A DNA stretch of 64,000 nucleotides from Octopus vulgaris (taxonomy: Eukaryota), in NCBI GenBank assembly GCA_951406725.2, contig OX597823.1, forward strand, positions 17,980,001 through 18,044,000, read 5' to 3'. Shown here in pieces: positions 51,697 to 64,000 of this stretch (positions are counted from its first letter, which is position 1; every line of letters starts with the position of its first letter). Made by a program: the position numbers and the translations under genes. The notes beneath the pieces are model-generated. The model ran no database searches. It had not been told where the DNA came from and worked only from the letters and a program-made list of their open reading frames with translations.

Positions 51697-51750
51697 TGGC
51701 TGATGAGAAATCAGTCACCTATTTGGCGCTAAATTTCGAAACCGGTACCA
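51697..51750 (+). ncRNA. Minimal type-I hammerhead ribozyme fold with canonical core
   Basis: UGG-CUGAUGA-GAAAU-(21 nt)-AUUUC-GAAAC-CG-GUA-CCA; palindromic ACCGGU helix III; helix I only 3 bp. Confidence 0.6.
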
Positions 51751-52813
51751 GGCTGACCAGCATTTACTTGTTCTGATCCATTTGAGGTAAGACGTTATTA
51801 TTGTTCACTGATATTTTTTTCCTATCTTGTCTGTAATAGATTTGTGACTATTCTGTGGTACAGAAGTATTTTTTGACTTCTATCATTTGCGATATAGGTA
51901 CTCATGTAGTACCCTTGTGTATATATGTACATATCTAATATTGTATGTATATATTTTATTAATAATTTCTCTGTACGGTTGATAATTTGCTTACCACTTG
52001 TGATGGTATTTTAATAATACCATCCCTATATATTATATTTATATATATATATATATACATACATACATATATATACATACATACATACATACTACATACA
52101 TATATATATATATATATATATCTACATACATACATCCTTCCATATATATATATTTTCATTAACTGAGAGATATTTCTTTCTCCTATTTGTTCTACCAAAT
52201 GAGTGTTAGTATACGTTAGTGTGAGTGTGTGCGTATGTGTGTATGTATGCGTGCGTGTGCGAGTGTGTGCGTGTGCGAGTGTGTGCGTGTATATATGTAC
52301 ACGTATTTATATTACTAACCCTAAATTTTCCAGCGCAGTTCAAAAAGCCTTTTAAAACAAAACTTGGAAGTAACTCTCAATCGTCCAAAACTTCAAAAGT
52401 AATTTAATGAGTGTGCATATGTATATTACAATTAAAATCGCAAATAGTTAAATGCTCCTTCCTCGTATACCGAAAAATCACTTCCTTGCGCTACAGGTTC
52501 TCTTTAGGACTGAAAAAACTGTGAACGAAAGCATGTTTTATGGCAATATTGAGGATGATTGTTAGTCTGGGAAACTCCGTATCGGATGGCACCTCACTGC
52601 TGAAAGGGTTGCGGTTTCTCTCGAGAGTGCCATTAGTAAGATGCATAAGCTAGCAATGTTCAAAACGCCTTTAGGAAGCAAATTTCATCGTTGTGTACAT
52701 CCGCATCGTCAAAGAAATACTGGAAAGATGGCAGTTGTATGACTACAAGGACAATCATGATTGCTAATGATCAGCAGTGGTAGAATGTATGCACGCATGT
52801 ATGTGTGTGTGTT

Positions 52814-52844
<31 letters not shown>

Positions 52845-52917
52845 ATGCGCGTGTGTGTACATATGCATGAATGTATGTTTCTGTGCGTTTGCATCACGCA
52901 CATATATATTTATATAC

Positions 52918-53070
52918 AACGGGCGTCTTTAGGTTTCTGTTTATTAACTCCATTCACAAGGTTTTAGTTGGCCCGAGGCTCCAGAGAGAACATTTGCCTA
53001 AAGTGTCACGCAGTAGGACGGAACCCGGAACCATGTGGTTGGGAAACAAACTTCTTACCACACAGCCACG
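52918..53070 (-). mobile_element. SINE-B head, diverged
   Basis: GAACCCGGAACCATGTGGTT...CTTACCACACAGCCA. Confidence 0.75.
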
Positions 53071-53443
53071 CTCGAACTAAAAATCCGTGATAAACGAGGA
53101 TAGATGTACAATTTTTCAAAGAACAGAGTAAACAGTACCGCGTATTCCAAATCTAATTGATTTACGGTACGATGGAAAATTTTAAAACGTTCCAAAGATT
53201 ATTCATTTACACTCATTTAAACATCATATGTAAAAACTAATCACATACATCTGCGTACATACACACACTAATTCCCTCATATATTCACAAATCGTTGAGG
53301 TTTTCATTCATATAAAAATGGCTTGTATGTTAGATTGGGGCTTCAGTTCTACAAAGAACTTAAGTATATCTCGAAGAATAATGTATGTACGTAAAAATCT
53401 TCACTTTACATTTAAATGCTCCACTGATGAGGAGAGAAAAACT

Positions 53444-53675
53444 TATTTCTTTACTACCCACAGGGTGCTACACACAGAAGGGACAAACAACGACGGACAA
53501 AGGGATTAAGTCGATTATATCTACCCCAGTGCGTAACTGGTACTTATTTAATCGACCCCGAAAGGATGAAAGGCAAAGTTGACCTCGGCGGAATTTGAAC
53601 TCAGAACGTAGCGGCAGACGAAATTCCGCAAGGCATTTCGCCCGGCGTGCTAACGTTTCTTCCAGCTCACCACCT
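53444..53675 (-). mobile_element. SINE-A monomer (tail 1)
   Basis: Reverse complement of the SINE-A unit. Confidence 0.85.
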
Positions 53676-54544
53676 GAGAAGGACTTCGTTGGTGTCGAAC
53701 CACCGCTTCACAGTTGGTGCTTTTGTGTTATTGCTTCTAAATATTCGTCCCCAAATCAGAAGTAACCTGACTCATTAAAGACATATGTGCTCATACAAAC
53801 ATGTGTATTCACTGTAAATCCAATATTGATTTCTTACGCAATGTCAAAGCCTCAAATTTCGGATTCGAGTATAGTCGATCAACTCAGTACTTGGCCGGCA
53901 GATTATTTTGTCAACCCCGGAATGACAAACGACACAGTTAACTACAGCGGATTTTGAAAGCCTAACTTCAAGGGCATTAACTGAATGCTGCAAGATATTT
54001 TATCTGATGCTGTAATACTTCTGCCAAATCAGCGTCTGCTGTTAGTTCAATATATACACACGAATTGTCAAACGTTATACTTGACAAATGAAAGCGCCAG
54101 GCCTAGTGGTTAGACTCTCGGACTCATGGTTGTAAGGATGATGTCTTTGTTACAATATTACAATAACCAATAATATGTCCTGCATGTATAGTAACATTAC
54201 GATAATGAAATTATTACTAGCTTATCTCACTCGTTCTCCCGAAACTCCTAGGAACCATTTGCGAAACCTCAGGGTCCGGGGAACTCCGGTACAGAACCGC
54301 TTCTAGTGCAAACAGTTAAATATGAGCAAGTCCACAAAGTTTATTGGGCAGGATAAGGATATTCAGTAAAGTCAAGCACTCGAGAAAACTGAAGATAATT
54401 TTTGTCGGCTAAAATAAATCGTGGGGTGTCTAGGTAGAAAGCTTAACTTTTCGGTATCTGACCTGTAACAGCAAACGGGACGGGAGAAACTCTCTCCAAT
54501 TTTCTGTTGTTGTTTTTTTTTTTGCATTCACTATATTACATAGG

Positions 54545-54707
54545 CATAGGAGTGGGTGTGTGGTAAGTAGCTTGCTTACGAAACACATGGTTCCGGTTTC
54601 AGTCCTACTGCGTGGCACCTTGGGTAAGTGTCTTATACTATAGCCTCTTGCCGACCGGAGCCTTGTGAGTGGATTTGGTAGACGGAAACAGAAAGAAGCA
54701 TGTCGTA

Positions 54708-54797
<90 letters not shown>

Positions 54798-55034
54798 TGT
54801 GTTCATGTGTTTGTCCCTTCCAACATCACTTGACAACCGATGCTGGTGTGTTTACGTCCCCGTAACTTAGCAGTTCGACAAATAAGCGGATAAAATATTT
54901 ACCAGAAAGAAAATTGTGCTGAGATCGATATTGGTCGCCAAATACTCAGGCACGTTACAAGAGTTGATCCAATCAAGAATAAACACACACACACACACAC
55001 ACACACACGCACGCACGTACACACACACATAATA

Positions 55035-55078
<44 letters not shown>

Positions 55079-55335
55079 TATATATATATAGGCATGTGTG
55101 TGTGCGTTTGTGTGTCTGTGTTTGTCCCCCCCAAATCACTTGACAATCGATGCTGGTGTGTTTACGTCCTCGTAAATTAGCGGTTCAGCAAAAGGACACC
55201 GATAGAATAAGTACTAGGCTTACAAAAGAATAAGTCCCGGGGTCGATTTGTTCGACTAAAGGCGGAGCTCCAGCACGGCTACAGTCAAATGACTGAAACA
55301 AGTAAAAGAGTAAAAGAGAGTAAAGAGAGTAAAGA
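54545..55335 (+). mobile_element. SINE-B with an alternative tail followed by a standard tail
   Basis: Head 54545-54710, alternative tail 54810-54990, standard tail 55110-55335. Confidence 0.8.
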
Positions 55336-55711
55336 GTAAAGTGTACATACCACGTAAGACAACAACAAATGCATAGCTTGACAATGAGCAGCGTGCGATG
55401 GAAGAGTCTCGCCGCTTAAAGTGTAATGAGAAAAGACAGGTTTAAAGGAACAAACTGCGTTATGTACTAAGATTTATGTATTCTCAGGTAGGTGTAACAG
55501 ATTTTGTATGCGACAGGCGGATTTCGTTCCGGTCATGTATAATCGTGGTAATTAGACCGACGCGTTAACGCGGTTCATGTAGGTTAGATTGATGCTGAGT
55601 TTCCCCCATCTACATCCTCTTTTAGCATACATTATATTTGGTTAAATGTAAACATGTAGTTACAGTTCAACCTTAAATTAACCATCATTTTATGCATATG
55701 TGGGCGTATGC

Positions 55712-55818
<107 letters not shown>

Positions 55819-55907
55819 GACACACATACATATTTGTGTACATATACATACGTATATACATGTACACCGACATAATATATATATATATATCTGTGTGTGT
55901 ATGTGTG

Positions 55908-56163
55908 TGGAGGTGCGTGGCTTAGTGGTTAGGCTGTCAGCATCACGATCGTAAGATTGTGGCTTCGATTCCTGGACTGGGCGATGCGTTGTGTTCTTGA
56001 GCAAAACACTTCATTTCACGTTGCTTCAGTCCAGCCCACTCAGATGGCAAAAATGAGTAACGCTGCGATGGACTAAAGTCCTGTCCAGCTGGGGAACACA
56101 TACGCCATAGAAACCGGGAAACCGGGCCCATGAGCCTGGCTAGGCTTTAAAATGGGCGCATTC
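55908..56163 (+). mobile_element. SINE-D with tail X-like 3' end
   Basis: Head as 7258; tail GCTGCGATGGACT...GGGGAACACATACGCC..GAAACCGGGAAACCGG. Confidence 0.8.
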
Positions 56164-56209
<46 letters not shown>

Positions 56210-56213
<4 letters not shown>

Positions 56214-56373
56214 TCAAACGCAGTATAATGTTAATAATATAGCCTGAACAGGATAAGCTACCCCTATTTTGCAGAAAAAAGTGTCGGCGGCCGGCTATAA
56301 GACTTTTTTCTGCAAAATAGGGGTAGCTTATCCTATTCAGGTTATATTATAGCATTATACTGCGTTAGAGAAT
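56210..56373. mobile_element. Palindromic MITE-like fold-back (about 72-bp arms, 19-nt loop)
   Basis: Arms 56211-56282 and 56302-56372 with a few mismatches. Confidence 0.75.
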
Positions 56374-56463
56374 TTAAAATCACTTCTTTAATTTTCTAAG
56401 ACATCTGAACGCTTCTAAAGCAAACTTCGCTTGTTTGTTGACGTTCATCATAATTTGAATTGA

Positions 56464-56524
<61 letters not shown>

Positions 56525-56525
<1 letters not shown>

Positions 56526-56925
56526 TCTCTTTTACTCTTTTACTCTTTTACTTGTTTCAGTCATTTGACTGTAGCCATGCTGAAGCACCGCCTTTAGTCG
56601 AGCAAATCGACCCCAGGACTTATTCTTCGTAAGCCTAGTACTTATTCTATCGGTCTCCGTTTGCCGAACCGCTAAGTTACGGGGACGTAAACACACCAGC
56701 ATCGGTCATCAAGCGATGTTGGGAGTACAAACACAGACACACAAACATATACACACATACATATATACGTGTCCGCTTCAGTTTCCGTCTACCAAATCCA
56801 CTCACAAGGCTTTGGTCGGCCTGAAGCTATAGTAGAAGACACTTGCCCAAGGTACCACACAGTGAGACTGAACCCGGAACCATGTGGTTGGGAAGCAAGC
56901 TACTTACCACACAGCCACTTCTGCG

Positions 56926-56928
<3 letters not shown>
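56525..56928 (-). mobile_element. SINE-B full length
   Basis: All modules present. Confidence 0.9.
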
Positions 56929-57007
<79 letters not shown>

Positions 57008-57576
57008 TATATAGGTGCACGTGCTCATATGCACGTACGCATATGCGTATGTGTGTGCTTTACTTGTCTCTTCTCTCGTTAACGATATTATATCTGCCTT
57101 CCCACTTCGTCATAAGCCCTGCATTAAACCTTAACCTCCAGAGCGTCTTTATATATATATATATATATACACTCATGTACTTCCATGCTAATATGGTGCT
57201 TTCACTAATTATTTCAGGTACCTTTGTTATCTCTATCAGAGTGAGACACTGTCTCGGCTCTCTCATCCTTGACCTTGCGGTGCATCCTGAATGAGACAGC
57301 TGCAGGGAGAAAGAGAGGGTCGCATCAATACTCAGCCGGTACTCGTTTATAGCTGCTAGATCAGTGCCACGTAAAATGAAGTGTGTTCCTCAATGACACA
57401 ACGCGCTCTCCGGCCCACTAATTGAACCCGCAAGTTTATGATCATGAGCTGAACACTTAATTTCTAGGCCACGCCCCTTCACTAAAGATTTGTAAATTGC
57501 CAATTCGATAAAGCTTGGAATTTCTATTCAAAATGACGGTCTTAACTCCCAGCCGATCGTCTAAATGTGTGTTACT

Positions 57577-57983
57577 CTGGGGCGGACTGAGCCGTCGGTC
57601 AATCGGGCACTAATCGAGGGCCTGGAGCTCTGAGGGGCCCGCACTCTACATCTTAACTCTACTAAAACACACATTCAAAGGGACCCGGTAAACTGTTATG
57701 CCCGAGGCATAAGGCGGCGAGCTGGCAGAATCGTTAGCACGCCGGGCGAAATGCGTAGCGGTATTTCGTCTGTCTTTACGTTCTGAGTTCAAATTCCGCC
57801 GAGGTCGACTTTGCCTTTCATCCTTTCGGGGTCGATTAAATAAGTGCCAGTTACGCACTGGGGTCGATGTAATCGGCTTAATCCGTTTGTCTGTCCTTGT
57901 TTGTCCCCTCTGTGTTTAGCCCCTTGTGGGTAGTAAAGAAATAAGTTATGCCCGAGGCCCCTTAATACTCTCAGTCCGCTCCT
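57577..57983. mobile_element. Small TIR MITE hosting a SINE-A insertion
   Basis: TIRs GGGGCGGACTGAG / CTCAGTCCGCTCC. Confidence 0.6.
57709..57944 (+). mobile_element. SINE-A monomer (reference unit, 236 bp)
   Basis: 14-bp TSD GTTATGCCCGAGGC (57695-57708, 57945-57958). Confidence 0.95.
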
Positions 57984-58994
57984 GACTGCACACCTCAAAT
58001 TCATGCAGCAGCAGCATTTTGAGTTGATGACTGCTTCGTTAGCATTGAGTTCAATTGTTATTGTAAGTGTAGCTTAATGGAGGACATGCTCAGCTAAGCT
58101 GACTAATCTTAGATTACATCCATATGGAAATAGAGTTTATGACTGAAAAACGTCTAATTTAGACTCCAGTCAAAAAAATTTATTGCCGGTTGAGATATGA
58201 ATGTTATCCTAAATGCCTTTCCTGATATTATTAGTGGTGTAAGTTCTTCCAAAGTTTAAGCAATATAGTAAGATTTTAAAAGGGACCCTCTACTTTTTCG
58301 TTCGATCTGTCAAATATCGCAGTTAAATTCTCTCAAATCGCGTGTCATACTGTCTTTAAACGAAGACACATTGGCCCATCTAATCTTAAACATACATAAA
58401 AGCCGTGAGGGTTAAGACTGGAATGCTTTCGTTCATACATCTGCTGGATGAAGTCTTAGAAAAGTAAGACACAACTAAACAGCAAAAGATTGGGAGTTTA
58501 AAAGGGAGCGTAGCTCTATGTGGTCACTCAACCGGTTAGAATTAGCAGTCGGACCTTTCTAAATTCCACCCTACTGTTTAGGAAAAAAGGACAGGCGATA
58601 TATGCATCAATGTTAATGTAGTTCTTGATATATTATGTCTTAAACAAATATTGAACGTTGTGGCTGGAATACTTGTGAAGATAGGTGTTACATAATCAGT
58701 GCCGACCTGAGGCTAAATAACAACAATCTTAAACTGACTTAAAGACACGATGTCGCTCCCGCCTGTGAATTATAATCGATTTGATGTAGCATATTTCTCT
58801 GTTAGTTGGAAAATAAACGAGAAATATTAATGGCCGTCTTCAGAAACTGTCCCCGGATACTCAGTGGTCCCTTACTAACTGCCTTTCTTGGAATTTTCCG
58901 TTGTTACTGTTTATTGTAATCGTTTAATCCCAGGTCTCTTTTAATTCGGTATATCTATAATCAAGGACATTTCAGTGATGACCATGCCGTCTTT

Positions 58995-59402
58995 ACTCTT
59001 TTACTCTTTTTACTCTTTTACTTGTTTCAGTCATTTGACTGCGGCCATGCTGGAGCACCGCATTTAATCGACCAACTCGACCCCGGGACTTATTCCTTTG
59101 TAAGCCCAGTACTTATTCTATCGGTCTCTTTTGCCGAACCGCTAGGTAACGGGGACATAAACACACCAGCATCGGTTGTCAAGCAATGCTAGGGGGACAA
59201 ACACAGACACACAAACATACACGCACTTACATATATACGACGGGCTTCTTTCAGTTTCCGTCTACCAAATCCACTCACAAGGCTTTGGTCGGCTCGAGGC
59301 TATAGTAGAAGACACTTGCCCAAGGTGCCATGCAGTGGGACTGAACCTGGAACCATGTGGTTAGTAAACAAGCTACTTACCACACAGCCACTCCTGCGCC
59401 TA
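58995..59402 (-). mobile_element. SINE-B full length
   Basis: All modules; tail with (GTAAAAGA)n. Confidence 0.9.
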
Positions 59403-59920
59403 TGATCTACACTTTACAATTTCCTTATCATTTGTTTCTAAACGGACAGACACTGTTGATGGAATTTAGTTACTGTTTCTAGCCAGTCGAGCGATCAACG
59501 TTGGACTGTACAGACGTTGGGTGTCAGAGCTTTTATATAACATGTGGTGGTTCTTTTTCTTTTAGACGTTTACTGCTGTCGTTGGTTATATATTTATAAA
59601 ATTAAGTGTTTTTGCGTTCTAGTCTAACAATGCCAGGAGGACGAATGGATGGTAAATTAGACCACTGTGGGATTTGAAATCAGAACTTAAAAGGACTAAG
59701 TAACTAAATATTACAAATCAGCATGAGTAGTCACTGTAACTGTTGATGTTTTATTCTTGTTGTTGTTGTTGTTATTGTTGTTACTACACAGTCAATGTTT
59801 CTTTCGATTCTCAGCACCAGGACACACATACCGGTTCTGAGATTATTTTCGTATGAATATTGCTCCGCCCTGTTTCGAATTCTTAGAATTTCTTTAGAGA
59901 AATAAAATAAATATCCGCAC

Positions 59921-60310
<390 letters not shown>

Positions 60311-60739
60311 AATGGTAAAATGTGCAAACTTGTCGACGCCCATTTAATTTTACTTCTGCAAGCGTTATTGATACCCTTAACTCCACCATTGAACATTCTA
60401 GAATGGTCGGTTACTTGGGAATGCATAAACCCGTGGGACATCATAACTGGTCACCAATACCACATAACCGTAAAAATATAGGCTTTATATAATTAAAAGG
60501 AAATTAATAGTACATTACAGGATTCGGTTTCGGTTTGTTCTGTTACAGAAATAACAAAATACTGTGTCAGTAAGAATTTTTTTTATTGTCTGGTGAATTC
60601 TTTGCCGAACTAATATCACATTTTGAACCACATTTCGCTCGTGTCTCATTCAGCAGTTCTATATTTATTAACAGGAAAAAAAAAAATCCAGCAACAGCAG
60701 CAATAACAACAATATCGACAAAAATAATGATTTTTTTTT

Positions 60740-60948
60740 TCCACTAAAGGCACAAGGGCTGAAATTAGGCGGAGGGAAGAAGTCGATTACATTGACCCCC
60801 CAGTATATCACTGGTGCTTAATTCATCGACCCCGAAACGATGAAAGGCAAAGTCAACCTCGGCGGAATTTGCATTCTGAACGTACCGACGGGTGACATGA
60901 CGCTAAGCATTTTCTCTAGCGTATAACGAGTCTGCCAGCTCACCGCTT
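60740..60948 (-). mobile_element. SINE-A (tail 2), diverged
   Basis: Central domain and tail 2. Confidence 0.8.
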
Positions 60949-60994
<46 letters not shown>

Positions 60995-61067
60995 TGATGA
61001 TGATGATGATAATAATAATAATAATAATAATAACAATAATAATAATAACAATAATAATAATAATAAT

Positions 61068-61758
61068 AACAGGCACGATAGAGCTGCACAATATATTCAC
61101 TGGGTAATCTGTAAAAACCTGGATTTGCCCCATGAAAAAAACTGGTGGGAACACAAACCACCCCCAGTGCTTGAAAATGACCACATCTCACTCCTCTGGA
61201 ACTTCACCATTCAAACTGACAGGAAGATAGATGCAAATAGGCCAGACATCATATTGAAAGACTTCAAACAAAGAACATGCCTCCTCATTGATATGACTGT
61301 CCCAATCGATATAAACGTATCTGTCAGGACCTACCAAAAACTGAGCAAATATAAAGATCTTGAAATAGAAATCAGCAAAATGTGGAAGCTGAAGACTAAA
61401 ACAATACCTGTTGTCATAGATGCCCTGGGAATGATAGCAAAAGGGGCTGATAGCTACCTAACTCAGATACCAGGAAACCCAAAAATGGCAGAAGTTCAAA
61501 AGATAGTGCTCATGGGAACTGCTCATATCCTACGCAAAATACTCTATGTAACCTCAAGGTTTAAAACAACCATAATTTTCGGTTTAAAAAAAAAAACTTT
61601 TTTTTTTTTAGACATTCATTAGTACAACATCCCCACCCCCCAAATATATGGCACACTAGGCATAACAACAACATGAACTTCCAACCCTGTTGTCTCTTGA
61701 GGTCTCTGGGGGAGACTTGGAGCCAACTTGTACAAATATAAAGCAAAAGTCAAACATA

Positions 61759-61761
<3 letters not shown>
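61068..61761 (+). mobile_element. 5'-truncated R4/Dong-clade non-LTR retrotransposon (RLE domain)
   Basis: Open frame RHDRAAQYIHW...NRPDIILKD...LIDMTVP...KLSKYKDL...LMGTAHILRKIL; (TAA)n on both sides. Confidence 0.9.
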
Positions 61762-61823
<62 letters not shown>

Positions 61824-61825
<2 letters not shown>

Positions 61826-62652
61826 GAAAAAAGAACAGAAGTTATCTGACTGGCAAAAAGAAGGCTTTGCATGGTAGACTCTCAAAGATAGTTGCAGGAA
61901 ATAGTAATGACGCATGGTTATAGTTGCAGAAAGGAAGGCTGAAAAGGGAGACGGAAAGTTTATCAGTAGCAGCACAAGATCAAACATTAAGGACTAATTG
62001 GATAAGGACCAAGCTAGACAAAAACCAAATAGATTCCCAATGTAGGTTACGCAAATTAAAAGAGGAAATTGTTACTCATATAGTAAGTAAATGCAATATG
62101 CTGGCACAGAAAGAATACAAGAAAAGACATGACAACCTAGGGAGAGTAATCCACTGGGAATTATGTAGAAAGCTAGAATTTGACCATACTCATAAATGGT
62201 ATGAACATGAACCGAGTAAAATACTAGAAAGTAAGAAATATAAGATGCTGTAGGACTGTAACATTCAGACTGATAGAGTAACAGAACCTAGAAGGCCTGA
62301 TTCAGTAGTAGCAGATAAAGAGAATAGAAAGCGCCAGGTAGTTGACTTTACAGTCTCGAATGATGAAATAAATCAATATGAAAGGTATAGAAAAATCGCA
62401 AAGTATCGAGATCTAACCATTGACTATGGAAAGTGCGGGTAAAATGTATCCCTGTCGTTACAGGTGCATTTGGAAGTATACGTAAAGATCTGAACAGATG
62501 GATAGAGGAAACAGGCATAAAACCCAGTTTAGTACAGTTCCAGAAAACAATGTTATCAGGGATAGCTAGGATAGTCAGGAGGGTTCTTGTTGTAGCCCGA
62601 TGTTAGGAATTTTTGTTTTCCAGCAGTCTAATCTGTGGAGCATATATGAAAT
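61824..62652 (+). mobile_element. Second, more decayed R4/Dong-clade element
   Basis: LKRETES...AAQDQTLRT...CR..KEEIVTHIVSKC..LAQKEYKKRHD..IHW...RRPD...KYRDL with stops; (TAA)n on both sides. Confidence 0.85.
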
Positions 62653-62692
62653 AATAATAATAATAATAATAATGATAATAGTAATAATAATG

Positions 62693-62783
<91 letters not shown>

Positions 62784-62799
62784 TAATAATAATAATTCT

Positions 62800-63012
62800 T
62801 TGTAGAAAAGACACAAGGCTTGAAATTTGTGGGGAGGGGGACTAGTCGATTACATCGACCCCCAGTACTCAAGTGGTACTTAATTTATCGACCCTGGAAA
62901 GATGAAAGGTATAATCGACTTCGGCGGAATTTGAACTCAGAACATAGCGACGGGCGAAATACCGCTTCGCAGTTTTCCCGACGTGCTAACGATTCTACCA
63001 GATCACCGCCTC
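62800..63012 (-). mobile_element. SINE-A (tail 2) embedded in (TAA)n
   Basis: TAA tracts 62652-62797 and 63013-63170. Confidence 0.85.
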
Positions 63013-63171
<159 letters not shown>

Positions 63172-63330
63172 TCTGGCTCAAGGCCAGAATCTTGGGGGGA
63201 GGGGGATTAAGTCGATTACCTCGACCCCAGTATTCAACAGGTACCTAATTTATCGACTCCGAAATTATGAAAGGCAAAGCCGACTCCGATAGCATTTGAA
63301 CTCAGAACATGAGGACGGATGAAAATCCGA
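63172..63330 (-). mobile_element. SINE-A (tail 2) partial
   Basis: Tail and central domain. Confidence 0.75.
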
Positions 63331-64000
63331 TTAAAGCACAATGCTATTCTTCGGGGAAGAGACTGTTAAGCATTGAGAAGTGAACACTAAGATGTATGGA
63401 TCCAATCCGAAACCATGTAGTTTTGACGCTAACGTCTTGACCACACAGCCATTATAACGATGAGGATGATGAAGACCTAAGGTTACACGAGAACATCAAC
63501 ACCGCCATGAATAACGATACCGCTATCATTAGGATAATAGCAAAAAGAACGATGCTAAAGTTTCTCTGCTAGACCACATGTAGACAGAAAGATGTCTTTC
63601 TCGTAAATACGGGAAAATTGCAGTATGCAAGACTACACTTTGAAAAAAGGAGCACTATCATATGATAATGTGTTAGCGAAGAAAATTCTGCACTAACTCA
63701 GGTAGAGAAGTGAGGAAGCTTGTGGAATGGAATAGAATACTTCGTAAAAAAGAGGTTGTACATGTGTATGGAAGTCCGCTCTCACACAGGACAAGACGCC
63801 AAGAGGCTTTTCACTGTCCGGTGCGTAAGTGAAAAAATTGTTTTCGTCTCTCACCAATGGGATCACTGCGAGAAATTGCCGTTGAAGGTGAATTTTAGGA
63901 AGATTAACGAGGGATAACCGACTATAAAATGTCTTCCAAGAACTCTGATCGTGAATGTTTAAACCTCGTTGTTTGATAACGTAGGAAAACAGGAAAATCA

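Noticed and set aside
53420-53445. CTGATGAG hammerhead core
   Set aside because: No helix II partner or GAAAC; runs into a SINE tail

Overview
Eukaryotic, AT-rich, extremely microsatellite- and transposon-dense window. It is most likely coleoid cephalopod (Octopus-like) genomic DNA; this is an inference from the repeat families and SSR load. No host protein-coding gene can be recognised, and almost all long ORFs in the supplied track are microsatellite read-throughs. Content: (1) at least four tRNA-headed SINE families (here A-D) in dozens of copies with interchangeable 3' tails; (2) LINE relics (CR1-type, Tx1/L1-type, two R4/Dong-type RLE elements in (TAA)n tracts); (3) two Penelope-like element (PLE) relics; (4) mariner, hAT, piggyBac and Helitron non-autonomous pieces and three fold-back hairpins. 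Best leads: several unrelated short repeats carry minimal type-I hammerhead-ribozyme folds of the PLE/retrozyme kind (38565-38610, 51697-51750, and a 3-copy family at 21063/33517/36295). One of them may be joined to a tRNA-type head. Separately, SINE-A forms multimers joined repeatedly at one fixed, partly palindromic junction, plus a 9-unit 64-bp array of its head. All family names and boundaries come from manual reading, not database searches.
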